Below are positions 32,540 through 47,982 of a stretch of 64,000 nt of DNA, piece by piece. Under the pieces are notes generated by a model that ran no database searches, was not told the origin of the DNA, and was given only the letters and a program-made list of their open reading frames with translations. Position numbers and translations under genes: made by a program. Every line of letters begins with the position of its first letter. Position 1 is the first letter of the stretch. The DNA comes from Octopus vulgaris (lineage: Eukaryota). The DNA is taken from positions 47,368,001 to 47,432,000 of the forward strand of contig OX597825.1 of NCBI GenBank assembly GCA_951406725.2, in the 5' to 3' direction.

Positions 32540-35530
32540 GTGTGTGTGTGTGTGTTTAATACAACTTACTTTACAAAAGTGGTCCTTCATCCAGTACAAA
32601 TCATTACAGAAATATTTTCAGCCATTCAGTTTGTGGGAGTACTTTGTTATGAAGTATTTTCCCATATTTTTTCCTGAAGGTCTCATTCCTTGGGCATTTA
32701 TAGAAAGGAAAGATCTTAATTTTTTCCTTCTCCACATGCATCTAAGTTTATACTCAGTGGAATTGTTCGCAGTTCCTCATGTCGGATATGTTGTCGGTGA
32801 ATTCTGGCTGGTTGGCATAAAGAATTTCCAGTTTCGCCTATATAATTTTTCTTGCATGTGGGGCAGGTTATGCAGTATATTACGTTCTGCGCCTTGCAAT
32901 TCATGTCTGCATTTACTTTGAATATGTGATCACTTTTAAATTTTATTTGCTTGCTTCCCTCTATATTTTTGTAAATGGGGTTACTGCAGATCCCACATCT
33001 ACCATCTCCACACTCTTTTACAAAGAATTCGGTTTCTTCAGGTTTTCTCTTGGCGTTTACTGTTTTTTATGCAATATTTGTTTAGTATGTTTCTCATTTT
33101 GGGGCTTTATAGGACTATTGGTAAGTTTGAATGTATGATTTGAAATATGTTGCTAACTCCAGGGTTGTGTGTGTTTATGAAAGGGATGATGTTTTCTTTG
33201 TTTTCGTTTTTGGAGTTCTGAGTTTTGTGATGTCCAGTTTCATTGCTCTTGAGATTCCGCTTTATATTAATTGGAGAGGGTATTTTTGTTCTAGTAGGAA
33301 GTTATTAAGTTCATTTAGTCTTATTTGGCGTGTTTGTGAGTCGGTTACTATGCTGCATATGCGCCTTGCCATACTATGTGGAATATTTATTTTTATGTGG
33401 GATGGGTGGCAGTAGAAATTTAAATATTGGTGTGTGTCGGTTTTTTGTAGTATATGTCTGCTTTGACTATGGAGTTGTGTATCTTGATGTTGATGTCTAG
33501 GAAGGGAAGTTCGATGTGGCTGGTATCTATCGTGAAGTTGATAGATGGGTGCAATGTGTTGAGGATGTTGTGGACTGTTCGTAGATCTTCTGATCTGTTC
33601 CAATATATGAATCAGTCATTGAGGTAGCGTTTCCACTTTTTCTTGATGTCTTCTCTGAAGTCATGTTCGAAGTCTTTCCCTATTTCATCGTATAGTTTGT
33701 TCTCAGGGAAACCCATCACCAGGTTGGCATATGAAGGTGCGAATTTCGTACACATAGCCGTGCCATTTATCTGTCGATATGTCTTGTTAAATGAGAATGT
33801 GTTTTCTTCAAGTATTAATTGGATAGCTTTGGTGATAAAGTCTGTTTTGAAACGTTTATCTATGAGTTCCCTGTATTTTCTACCCACTGTTTTATCTCTT
33901 CCAGACCCAGGGTGTGTGGTATGTTTGTGTATAAGTTTGTGACATCGAAGCTTGCAAGTATGGTGTTTTCTGGAACCGTATTTGGAATGTGTGTGAGGAG
34001 GTCTATGTCATCCCTTATGTAGCTTGGTATCAGTGGGCATAAAGAGTACATCTATGAAGTGGTTTAGTTGCTGTGTTGGCGCCTGGGGTCCTGCCACAAT
34101 TGGTCTCATTGTGAGGTCTGCGGACCTTTGTATTGTTATATAATGGTTCCTCTGTTCTTTTATGGCTCTCTGTATTTAAGAGCTTTTATGAATTTTAGGT
34201 AATCCATAAAAGTTGCTTTCTTTGGTTCTTGAGTTGCATAAATAATCTTTCTCCTTGTCTGTAAAGGAGTCCTGGTATTCATTGACTACTGTTCCATTTT
34301 TTTTTAATGTTGCTTTCTCCGGTGGTTTTGATTCCTCTTTATAGTATGCCTGGTTGTTAAGCATCTCTAGTATCTTTTCCTTGTAGTAATCTGTATCCAT
34401 AATTACTATTGCCCCACCTTTGTCAGCTTCTTTTATAATGATCGACTTGTCATTTCTTAGTTTTTGTAAGGCGTGTTTTTCTCCTCTGCCGAGGTTCTGT
34501 TTGCATTTATGTGTGTTGAATTTGGATATTGCCTATGTATGCGCCTAGGTATTTGCCACTTCCCTTGTAAGGGGTGAAATGGGATTTTTTCTTATGATTG
34601 AGTTATCTTCTGTTTCCTTATTTTCAAAGAATTCCATAAAGCGAAGGCGGCGGCTAAAGTTGTCTATATCAGTTCTATGAGATTTGGAGTGGGTGTGGGT
34701 GTAAATTTGAGGCCTTATTGTAGTAGGTTCATTTCATTTTCGCTAAGTTCTCTTTTAGATAAGTTTATTATTTTGGGGGTCTATGTGTTTTGTGTGTTCA
34801 TTCGGAATTTTTTGTGTGTTGGGTCCGGAGTATGGATGAAATATCCTTTCCCTAAAAAGGGTTGTGTTGTTGCGTCTCCAAATTCCATTTTCAGGTCTTA
34901 GGTATTCTTGTGGAGGTAGGGGTGGTTTATATGGTCTGTATGTGTTGTTTTGTCTGTGGTAGTTGTTTTCTCTCCATCTTCTGTGGAGCCAATGTCCATT
35001 CCTGAGGTCCAGGTTTCTTTGTGGGTAGTTGAATGGTTCATATTTTGTGTTTGTATTGTTTTGATAGTGGAGGTTGTTTTCTATCCATCTTGCAAACTTG
35101 TGGGGTCGCATGAGGTTAATGTTTGTATAGTTTGGATTTCCTCGAAGTTTATTGTAGGTTATGTGTTGATTCCTATCTACTGTTCTATTGTTCCATGCGT
35201 GTATCCATTTAGAATGTCCAGCGTTGTGTGTTGGTGGTTGTTCATATTCTGTTTGTTCTCTCCAAGTGTTATAGGTTGTTGGTTGTATGTATCGTGTTTG
35301 TCTTGCTGTCTGTGTATTTGTCTTCGTGGGCTTTTGGATCAGTGGTCGTATTTCATATTTTGTGTGTCTGTTTATTAGGGGGGGGGGTCGGCAGTGTAAG
35401 GAGCGGGTTTTTGGTTTGTGATTGGTAGGATTTCTTTGGATGTCTGGGAGTCCAATATGTTTGTGGTCTTGGTTTGTTGTATCTTTTCATTTGTTTTGAT
35501 GGTTTTGTTTTCATAATTGATTTTTTCCCC
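32540..35530 (-). mobile_element. Decayed near-full-length Penelope-like element (RT plus C-terminal GIY-YIG)
   Basis: EADKGGAIVIMD, FYGLPKIHK, SFDVTNLYTNIP, GTAMCTKFAPSYANL, WKRYLND, CHPSHIKINIP, CKAQNVIYCITCPTCKKNYIGET. Confidence 0.9.
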
Positions 35531-35550
35531 ATAGTTCTTTTCGTAGTTAC

Positions 35551-35582
<32 letters not shown>

Positions 35583-35611
35583 CTGTATATATATATGATG
35601 CCAAGAATTCA

Positions 35612-35689
35612 GCGGTATATATGTTTCGGGCCTTTATTAGACGGATTTATAACAATGCATAATGTGTGTCTATGGCCTTCTTCAGCCGC
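35612..35689 (-). ncRNA. Type I hammerhead ribozyme (helix III CATATA variant)
   Basis: gcgg-CTGAAGA-aggcc…ggccc-GAAA-catata-TA-ccgc. Confidence 0.65.
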
Positions 35690-35938
35690 GCACAATTACT
35701 ACTTCGAGGACATGTATTACATCATGAATTCTACGTTGGAGATGCAAATCTTCTCAGTCGCGTACGACATAGTGGGGCACCAGCACAAAAAGGAAGCGTC
35801 CATCCTGTCTTTCACTCATTCTACATTGACACTTCATTTTTTTGCTGGTGCCCCACTATGTCGTACGCGACTGAGAAGATTTGCATCCCCAACGTAGAAT
35901 TCATGATGTAATACATGTCCTCTAAGTAGTAATTGTGC

Positions 35939-36016
35939 GTGGCTGAAGAAGGCCATAGACACACATTATGCATTGTTATAAATCCGTCTAATAAAGGCCC
36001 GAAACATATGTACCGC
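35939..36016 (+). ncRNA. Type I hammerhead ribozyme
   Basis: gtgg-CTGAAGA-aggcc atagac…gtcta…ggccc-GAAA-catatg-TA-ccgc; palindromic CATATG. Confidence 0.82.
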
Positions 36017-36052
36017 TGAATTCTTGGCATCATATATATATATAGTTCTTTA

Positions 36053-36087
<35 letters not shown>

Positions 36088-36099
36088 CTTTTCGTAGTT

Positions 36100-36150
<51 letters not shown>

Positions 36151-36158
36151 ATATATAT

Positions 36159-36295
36159 ACGACGGGCGTATTTCAGTTTCCGTGTACTAAGTCCACTTAC
36201 AACGTTTTGGACGACTCGGAGTGATACGCAGTCGAACTGAACCCCGGAATCTTGTGGTTGGGAAAGCAAGCTGCCTACCTCCTAGCCGCGCCTGC
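36159..36295 (-). mobile_element. Diverged SINE 5' half
   Basis: Reverse complement of the SINE head. Confidence 0.65.
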
Positions 36296-36296
36296 A

Positions 36297-36356
<60 letters not shown>

Positions 36357-36604
36357 CGTACATACATACATAAAATTGATATATATGTATATATATATAT
36401 ATATATATATACATATATATAAATTTATATATATATAAATTGTGTGTGTGTGTATTTATATACATATATATGTATATATATATGTCCATATATATTTTTA
36501 TATTTACATATATATAAATTTATATATATATATCTATAAATAAGGGTTACCTTTGTATCCCCATGCTGGCCACTTGATAATATCGATATTATCGTTATTT
36601 ATAA

Positions 36605-36763
<159 letters not shown>

Positions 36764-36797
36764 ATATATATATATATATATGTATTAACGTATATGC

Positions 36798-36990
36798 ATG
36801 GTCGCAGACTTGACTGTGTTGTAAGAAACTTGCTTCCCAACCCCATGTTTCCGGGTCCAATCCCACTGCGTGGCATCTTGAGCAGGCGTCTTCTACCATA
36901 GCTTCGGGCCGACCAAAACGATGTGAGTGGATTTGGCAGATGGAACCTAGAAGAAGCCCGTCGTGTATATGCATATATCTGTGTGTGTCT
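36798..36990 (+). mobile_element. Diverged SINE 5' half
   Basis: …cccactgcgtggcatcttg…gtgagtggatttggcagatggaacc…gaagcccgtcg. Confidence 0.7.
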
Positions 36991-37554
36991 TTGTGTCAAC
37001 ACCCAATGGATTTAACTCCATAGGTTTGGAGACTATAAGCTGCTTAAAATCTCATCAATAAAATAAAGATAAATTTCAATAAACTATCTCACCATTCCTT
37101 TTTCTTGACCTCCCACTATTTTCCTTTGCTATTCTCTAAGTTATAGTAGGCTTTAGAAATACACTTTCCCCAAATTCGTTCTGCCATAGGCATAACAAAA
37201 TGAAGCAATGTAGGTGTTTTGGTTTCTAGTACTGATGTAAATTGTGCTAAAAAATGGTTTATCCTTTATATTGGAAATCTATATTGTTGTCTGCGTCTGA
37301 GAAGAGCGGTTTCTTTGAAATTGGCGCAATGTTTGCATTAATCGATTAAATGGAGCCGCTTGCAACGGCCGTAATACATTGATACTTGGACATCGTTGTT
37401 TACTTTTTATTCACCCAACTTCGAGCTTGCGCAGACTGTACCGAACAACCTGGGTGCCTCAATTCAAGTACCTAATTCAACTGAAAGTTAATTATAATCT
37501 CTCTCACCCACTCACTCTCCCCCCACTCTCTCTCTCTCTCTCCATATATATATA

Positions 37555-38175
37555 TCAAAATGGGAATGAATCCGCAAAGAGATCCACTAACGAAACTGGT
37601 CCAACATTGTATGTATGCAAGGCATGTACTAAATATACCCCAGGAAGGAAGGCTAGCATACCGAGAAACAAGATTCCGAGGGACAGAAAAGTCCTCCTGT
37701 GACGCAGGTCAAAGATCTCAAAGCGGGTGAATATGTAACTGAAGGATACAGAGAAGTCTATCTTAATACGGACATTCCCAGAAATCGAAAACACGAAAGG
37801 AAAAGAGCAGTGAGAGAAAACAGCTTTGGAAAGCATAAAATAAATCCCAAATCTTTCTATAAATTCACAAAGGAAACAGCCACAATACAATATAAAATAG
37901 GGCCATTGATCCAAGGAAATGACTCACTGACTGTAGCCCCAGGAAGGATAAGTGAGATACCCAGTGAACAATTTAAAAGTGTTTTCACTTCACCGTTTGA
38001 ACACATGCAGATAAGAAAACCCAGTTGAATTCTCTAATATTGCATCTCTAAAAGTGGAGGCAGCAACCATCGATTGCATCAACATTGAGGAGACAGATGT
38101 AACAGCAACCATAGATGAAATGGGCACATGCTCTGCAACTGGTCCTGATGGGTTCCCAGCTATTCTCCTGAAGTT
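37555..38175 (+). mobile_element. CR1/L2-group LINE fragment (family of 15540)
   Basis: RNKIPRDRK, INPKSFYKF…[15 protein letters not shown]; frameshifted. Confidence 0.85.
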
Positions 38176-38382
38176 TAATATTGTTACCTTAAGCGTGAAA
38201 TGGGATATTGTACAAATTTAGCAAAAAGTTTAAATCATTATCTTTATTTTGCTTGACTGCAGCTGCTATTTTATATTTGGGAGTTTTTAAGGTAGTATCA
38301 GCGTCTTTTGGCGTCTATTTTCTAGCGCGTAGAGAGGATTAAAGCCAATACCTTGTTATAATTATTTATATAATTATTATAA

Positions 38383-38482
<100 letters not shown>

Positions 38483-38939
38483 CGTGTGTATGTATGTATA
38501 TATGTACGTATTTGCATTTATATGCTTATGTATACATATATATGTATATATATGTATATATCTATATCTATATCTATCTATCTATCTATCTATATATATA
38601 TATATATAAATATATATATGTATGTATATATCTATATGCATATGTACGTATGCGTATATACATGTATATAAGTATGTATGCATATATTTATATGTGCGTG
38701 TAAAATATAAACGAGGAACAAAGATGTGTACGTGTCACTTCATTGCGGCCGTTTCGCGTGACTCTTATGAGAGATCACTGTATGTATGCATGTATATATA
38801 TATATATATATATGAATCTATCTATATATGTATTTGTATGTGTGTATGTCTATATATGTATGTAAGTATACACACACACATATATATATAGATGAATGTA
38901 GTCAATATATAATGTATATATATATATATATATATATAT

Positions 38940-39695
38940 AGGGACCTGGGTATCGACATGAGTGATGATACCCCTTTCCAAGTGCACATTACCAGGATGG
39001 CGACAAAGTGCAGACGACTGGCTGGGTGGATCCTAAGAACATTCAGAACCAGAAATAAGGAAACCATGACGGTCCTCTGGCGGACATTTGTCCTCAGTCG
39101 CCTGGATTACTGCTCACAGCTATGGTCACCCACCAGTGTAAAATTAACAGGGACCTTGAAGCAATCCAGAGAAGATTCACAAAGAAGATCGTCTCTTTGC
39201 AACAGCTCAGCTACTGGGAAAGGTTGAAACAGCTAAGACTCTACTCCCTGGAGAGAAGACGGGAGAGGTATGCAGTAATATATGTCTGGAAGATCCTGGA
39301 AGGAATTGTGCCAAATGTTGGCATTGTAAGCTACACCAATACTAGAACGGGACGACACTGCATATTGCCAAAGATCCCAGCAATGCCATCACGCTTCAGG
39401 ACCAGCTTCTGCAACAGCCTGGGTTTCAATATTTTAATATTCTTTTTAATATTCTCCCAAAGAGTCTGTGGAACTTGCACAAAGTACATGTAGCGGTTTT
39501 TAAATCAAAGCTGGATATCTTCCTGTCGAGAGTCCCAGATGAACCTACCTCACAGCAAGAGGTGCAAATGAGAGTAGCTATATCAAACTCCATTCTTCGC
39601 CAAGTGCCACATATTAGATGAGTTTCGTCGCAATAACAGTGTAGCACAAAACGGCCGTGCATCAGCATGGCCGCAGCTCTGAGCTGAAACTAGAG
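38940..39695 (+). mobile_element. CR1/L2-group LINE 3' fragment (family of 15540)
   Basis: [27 protein letters not shown]. Tail ggccgtgcatcagcatggccgcagctctgagctgaaac. Confidence 0.9.
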
Positions 39696-39951
39696 GAAAA
39701 AAAATATATATATATAAAGAAGAAAACGGAGAAAAAAGGCAAGGAGAAACAAGAACGTAAATTATTAATAAGACGCGCAGAGAAGGAAAGAAAGGTTCTT
39801 TCACTTTTTGAGCAAAGGTCTTCTTCAGAAACATATGACAGAGGTAAGTTCAAGAAAGAAGGAAAGCGGAGGAAAACATCGCCAACAATCCACATGTGGG
39901 TACATTTTGGAATGTACATATGTATAGGTATATGTATATATATGTATGTAT

Positions 39952-40038
<87 letters not shown>

Positions 40039-40369
40039 GTTTGTATATAGATATGTATGTATATATATATATGTATATACATGTATATATGCATGTAGAC
40101 ATATATATATGTATGTATATATGCATATGTATGCATGCATATATATGTGTATATGTATATATATATATATATGTATTTATGTATATTTATATGTATGTAT
40201 GTAAATGTATATGCGTGCGTGTATATATATGTACGTATATATATATATATATATATATTTGTGTGTACATATATATGTGTGTATGTATGTATATATATAT
40301 ATATGTACGTATGTATATATATGTATATGTATGTAAGCATATATTTATATGTACATACAGAAATGTATG

Positions 40370-40416
<47 letters not shown>

Positions 40417-42787
40417 TTATGGTTATATATACATATAAATGAATAAATAATGGCCAGATGTAACGATTTCGAATTCAAGAATCAAAATTTATTAACGTAA
40501 TAGCGTATTATATTATATTTTCATAATATTACGTAATATGATAAATAATAAATAAATAATATAAAATACATACAATTGTTCGATTATACAGTGTAACTTT
40601 TCTTATATGAGGATTCACAGATTCAATTAATGACTGTATTTGTCTTCAGGCGTCAGCGTTAATAACTAAAAACGAAAACAGATAAAAAATAAAAAAATAA
40701 AGTAATATAACTGTCATAAAATATGTTTGTATACTATCAAGTATTTTAATCTAAATATATCTTAGCTAATTAGTTTTTTTTTTAAATACTAGGAGCAAAA
40801 TTTTACAATAATATTTTTTTTAAATATTTGAAAAATAGCTATGGTGAACTAAGAAACATCTTTCATTCTGTCGTATTATTATTAAGTACATGTTATAATA
40901 ACCTTACGCTTTTTATCTATGGATAAATAGCAAAATAATATATTTAAAATACTATATCATATCTAGTCAAATAGTAAATAATATCCAAAAGAAATTATCC
41001 AAAAGAAATTTAATCGTAAGGGCTTCATAAATTAAAATGAAAATGAAAATTACTTAGTTTTTAGAGGAAAACTACCATCGTAATGTTTACATGTATTTAT
41101 ACTTATGGAAAAATAGAAGGGATATAATTTCACAAACGTAATTTACAAAGTAATTTTTTAATATGGTGTACATTAAATATTATTTATGCAGGAATAATTT
41201 TATCTATGCTAGTTACTAAGTGAGGTTTCATTAAAAGACATTCCTGTACCACCTAGGAAGGATTATAGAAAAGATTTTTTACCAAGACTACTGAATTTAT
41301 ACACAGTATACGTCGGAAGGCCTTTTATTATGATAAAGAATTTGTTGGCATATGATGCTGATTTATGGTCTATATTGAAAAATGTTAAAATTATTAAATA
41401 TCCCCTTGGGGAATGAACATTTAAGGAATGTGAAAACTATGGTATATGATCTGAAACTACAAAATGGAAGTGTTGTCCAATCAGATAAAACTGGTAACAC
41501 GTATAATATCTATATATTAAAATATCATGAACTAATTAAAATGAAATAACTAGTAACAATAAGGTAGTAAGTAAAAATATTTTACGGTCTCTTAACTTGA
41601 AAACTAAGAAGATTATTGAGGATTATGATCTTGGTGAGAGGACAGAGCCATTTGTACCTATGACGACTAGAATAACTTTAACATTTTATAAGGATAATAT
41701 CTTCTCTAAACCTAAAGTTACATTAATTTGCCCAGGCCTATCTGCCCTAAGTAAATTAAGTAAAAGTATTTTAGATAAATATTTACTGGCACTTAGGATA
41801 AAATTGAAACTTGGTCAAATATGCAGGACGCTATTAATTGATTTGTTGGAAAAGATAATAAAACTAAAAGTACATTTATACAAATAGATATTAATAATTG
41901 TTATTCATCTATACATCCGGTAGTTCTTAATCAGCCTCATTTGTTTACTAAAGATAGATGTAACCTTACTTTAAACGAAATCAAAATAATTTTAGAAGCT
42001 AAAAAATCAGTAATTTTATTTGATATTAAATACTGCGTTAGAAAAAATACTAATGATAGTTTTGATATTACTATAGGATCAGCTGATTCTGCTCAGGTTA
42101 CTGATCTTTTAAGGATATACATCCTGTTTTATTTAGGTAGTGAATTTCCAGGATTTAAAAGTGGATTATATAGGGATAATGCGCTGTTTTTAATATCCTA
42201 TCCAATAGGAAATTGAATTTGTATATGAAAAGACCTCATCGATTTATTAAAAGATATGGCTTATCTATTTCTATTGAAAACGAACAGGATTCTTTTAATT
42301 GTTTAGATGCTAATCTGAATATTGTTACAATCCAATATAGACCATATTTTAAATCTAATACAGTCTTGAAGTATATTAATTTTAATAGTAATCATCCTAA
42401 AGCAGTTACACGTATTTCGGTTAAATATATTTCGAGACGAACTTCATTTTTATCTTCTAATGAGGAAATTTTCATTAGTAATTCTGAATACTATAATGTA
42501 CACCGTAATGAAGCTGGATATATACATAAGAATGGTTATTGTAAAAAAGATAAAGACAGTAAAAATTATAATGATATTAAGTTGATACACAACGGATTGG
42601 GTAAATATAATGTTAGTGATGTGAGCAATAAACTTAAACTTAGAAAATCTCATAAAAATAAGGATGATACTGTTATAAATTGACCACTATTGAATCTAAT
42701 AATATTCAAATTAAGAGTGGAGGAAAATGTAGTATAAATCTATATACTAAAATTAATACCAATAATATGGTAATCTTAAGTGTAGTA

Positions 42788-44585
<1,798 letters not shown>

Positions 44586-44606
44586 AATAATAATAACAAT
44601 AATGAT

Positions 44607-44652
<46 letters not shown>

Positions 44653-44667
44653 ACAACAACAACAATG

Positions 44668-44721
<54 letters not shown>

Positions 44722-45449
44722 GTAATAATAATAATAATAATAATAACTTTAAATTTAAGAATAGAAAATATATCCCATTTGTTAATTTTGATAAATCGCA
44801 TAATGATAACTTTGATAAAGGCATTTGTTTAAATCTTTTTACAGATCTATATCTAAATATTTTACTAAGGAAAATAAGTATATTAAAATATTTTAGTAAG
44901 GAAAATAAATATAAAATAATTAATAATGAAACGGTTAGAATTAGTTTTTGAGTAGCTAAAAACTTATTTAGAATTATCTCTTCGATTAATAACAATAAAC
45001 TAGATACTTTTTATAGTAATAGAAATACTAATACTTTCATTACTAACACTAGTAATGGACCGAGTCGAAATAGTGTAGCCAGAATTGGTGACTGTAGGTT
45101 TAAGGATAAATGTTATTTCAGGAATATTTGTATCCAAAATACCCTTATATATAGATGTCGGGGAGAATTTGAAGGAAATAGCTAATTTTATATTGGGTGA
45201 AACTTTATTTAAACTACGAATTGCAAACCATGAATATACTTCTAGAAATAGAAATAAGTTTTGTAGCACCAGTTTAAATAAATTTATGTGGAAGTTAATA
45301 GTAAATTATATAAACTTAAATGACAACTACTTTATCATGCTAGATCTTATAAAATTGATAATAGATGTAACTTAGGTGTAGAGGATATATATAAAATCTT
45401 AACATAGAAAAAGAAACTTCTTAACGACAGACAAAAGAGATGTTTTTAA

Positions 45450-45938
45450 TCTCTTATTCTTTTAGTTGTTTCAGTTATTTGACTGCAGCCATGCTGGAGC
45501 ACTGCCTTTAGTCGAACAAATCGACACCAGGACATATTTTGTGCAAGCCTAGTACTTATTCTATCAGTCACTTTTACCGAACTGCTAAGTTACGGGGATG
45601 TAAACATACCAACATCGGTTGTCAAGCGATGGGGAAACAAAGACACGCACACAAATACATACATGTATGTATGTATGTATGTATGTATGTATGTATGTAT
45701 GTATGTATGTATGTATGTATGTATGTATGTATGTATGTATGTATGTGTGTATGCATATATATATATATATATATACGGCGGGCTTCTTTTAGATTCTGTC
45801 TACCAAATCCACTCACAAGATTTGGTTGGTCTGAGGCTATAGTAGGAGACACTTTCTCAAGGTATCATGCAGTGGGACTGAACCCGGAGCTATGTGGTTG
45901 AGAAGCAGGCTTCTTACCACCCAGCTACTCCTCCGCCT
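45450..45938 (-). mobile_element. tRNA-derived SINE (family of 4543) with an internal (TATG)n expansion
   Basis: Reverse complement of head, body and tail. Confidence 0.85.
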
Positions 45939-46374
45939 GTGTTTAGAAAATTTAATTAAACTGAATTGATTATTTGGAGGATTGGTGTGTATTAAATATA
46001 ATCTATTTAGACAATTAAATGTTATAATGTTCTATAATCTTTAGAATATTTAGAATGTGTGTGTATATATATATGCGTGTGTGCGTGTTTGTGTCTGTGT
46101 GTGCATGTGTGTGCGTATGTGTATGTTTGTATCTGTATATATGTATATGTGTATATTTATTTGTACATATGTATATGTATATATCTCGTCTTAGATTTGT
46201 AATATGTATATATATGTGTATGTATGTGTGTGTAGGTATATATATATATCTATATGTGTAGATGCATGTATATATATAAATTAAATTGGAGATGAAACCA
46301 CTATTAGGCAAATCAATCAGTGAAAAACATATGTTTATGTTTTTCAGTGTTTGATTTGTCTAATAGTGGTTTTA

Positions 46375-47666
46375 CGAGGGGCGTTCAATAAGTAATGCCC
46401 CTGACCCACTTCCCATAGCAGTAGAGCAACGAAACTTGGCACAGTTATTAATCTTTTTCTACATAGGAACCACCCAGAGTTACGCATTTCTCCCATCGTT
46501 TGATGCGGCTCTGGAGACCGTTTTTGTAGAAGAACCCAGCTTGGTCCTCCAACCACGACGTGACTTCAGAAATCAAGGCTGCATCATCTGGGAAACGCTT
46601 TCCTTTCAAAAACAACTTCATGATTGGGAAGAGGTAAAAATCAGAGAGTGCAAGGTCAAGAAAGTAGGGGGGATGGGGAGGAGTCCATAGCCATACGCCT
46701 GTGCTTCTGATCTGGCGACAAGCGAGTTGTGGACCGGAGCGTTGTCCTGCAGGAGGAGGATGCCTTTGCTGATCTTGCCCTGCCTCTTGATTTTGATAAC
46801 TTCTCTTAATTTCCTCAAAAGTGAAGTATAATAGGCTCCTGCAATTGTGGTACCCTTTGCCAGGAAATCTGTCATCACTACTCCGTCCTGGTCCCAGAAG
46901 ACTGTGAGCATGACCTTGCCAGCGGAGGGCTGCACCCTTGCCTTCTTTGGAGGGGGTGAGTCACGGTGCTTCCACTGCATTGACTGGGCTTTGGTCTCTG
47001 GATCATCGTGATGGACCCAGGTTTCATCCTGTGTAATCAGTCTTTTGAAAAATTTTGACTCATCTTCTTGGCACATCTCCAAATTCCCCCCTCGAGCACT
47101 CGACGCGTTCTTGCTTCTGGAAAGGCGCGAGCAACCTGGGAATCCATCTGGCAGACACCTTTTGCATATGCAAATGGTCATGAATGATAGTTTCCACAGA
47201 CCCGGTACTAATCTTGACCTCATGGGCTATTTGGCGAATAATTATGCGTCGATCTTCCAAAATGGCAGCCTCAACTTGACGGACAGATGCCTCATCAATG
47301 GCAGAAGGGGGCGACCAGATCTGGGAGCTGTTTCCACAGAGTTCCGACCATGTTTGAATTCACGATGCCAGCGTTTTACAAGGTCATATGATGGGGCATC
47401 ATCACCATAAGTTACATTCATTTCATCAAAAGTCTCCCGTGGTGTGCGTCCTTTCAAATACAAAAACCGGATCACTGCTCGACACTCAAAAGGCTCCATT
47501 TCACACTTGACTCGGTTCAAACACCTGTAAATCAGAAACCACAATTAATTTAGAGCTGTAATTTGCCACTTAATCTATAGAGATATAAATGATTGCATAT
47601 GCAAAATTGCAGCTAGATCAAACAACTGCAAGTGGGTCAGAGGCATTACTTATTGAACGTCCCTCG
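46375..47666 (-). mobile_element. Full-length mariner (about 1.29 kb) with a frameshifted transposase
   Basis: TIRs cgaggggcgttcaataagtaatgcccctgaccca / tgggtcagaggcattacttattgaacgtccctcg with TA on both sides. ARWIPRLL, ITQDETWVHH, SAGKVM, LQDNAPVH. Confidence 0.95.
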
Positions 47667-47751
47667 TATCTCTAATTTAATTTATATTTATACTGTGAAA
47701 TTTGATTTAATCCTAAATCTAATTTTTCCCTGTATGTTTGGATTTACTCCC

Positions 47752-47818
<67 letters not shown>

Positions 47819-47982
47819 ATGAATAAACATACGTATATGTATCTATACTATAGTTATTCTGCATTAGTAAATCGATTAGAATCATTTGCATATAATCAAT
47901 ATTTTATTAAGTAACATAATACTAAATATTCATTAATCTAAAATTATATTGTGAGTAAATTATCTTACAATACCTTTTTAGG

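Larger units (their letters stand above)
35596..36032. repeat. Near-perfect palindrome (arms of about 205 bp, 27-bp loop) with an HHR in each arm
   Basis: 35596-35800 is the reverse complement of 35828-36032 with only a few mismatches. Confidence 0.95.
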
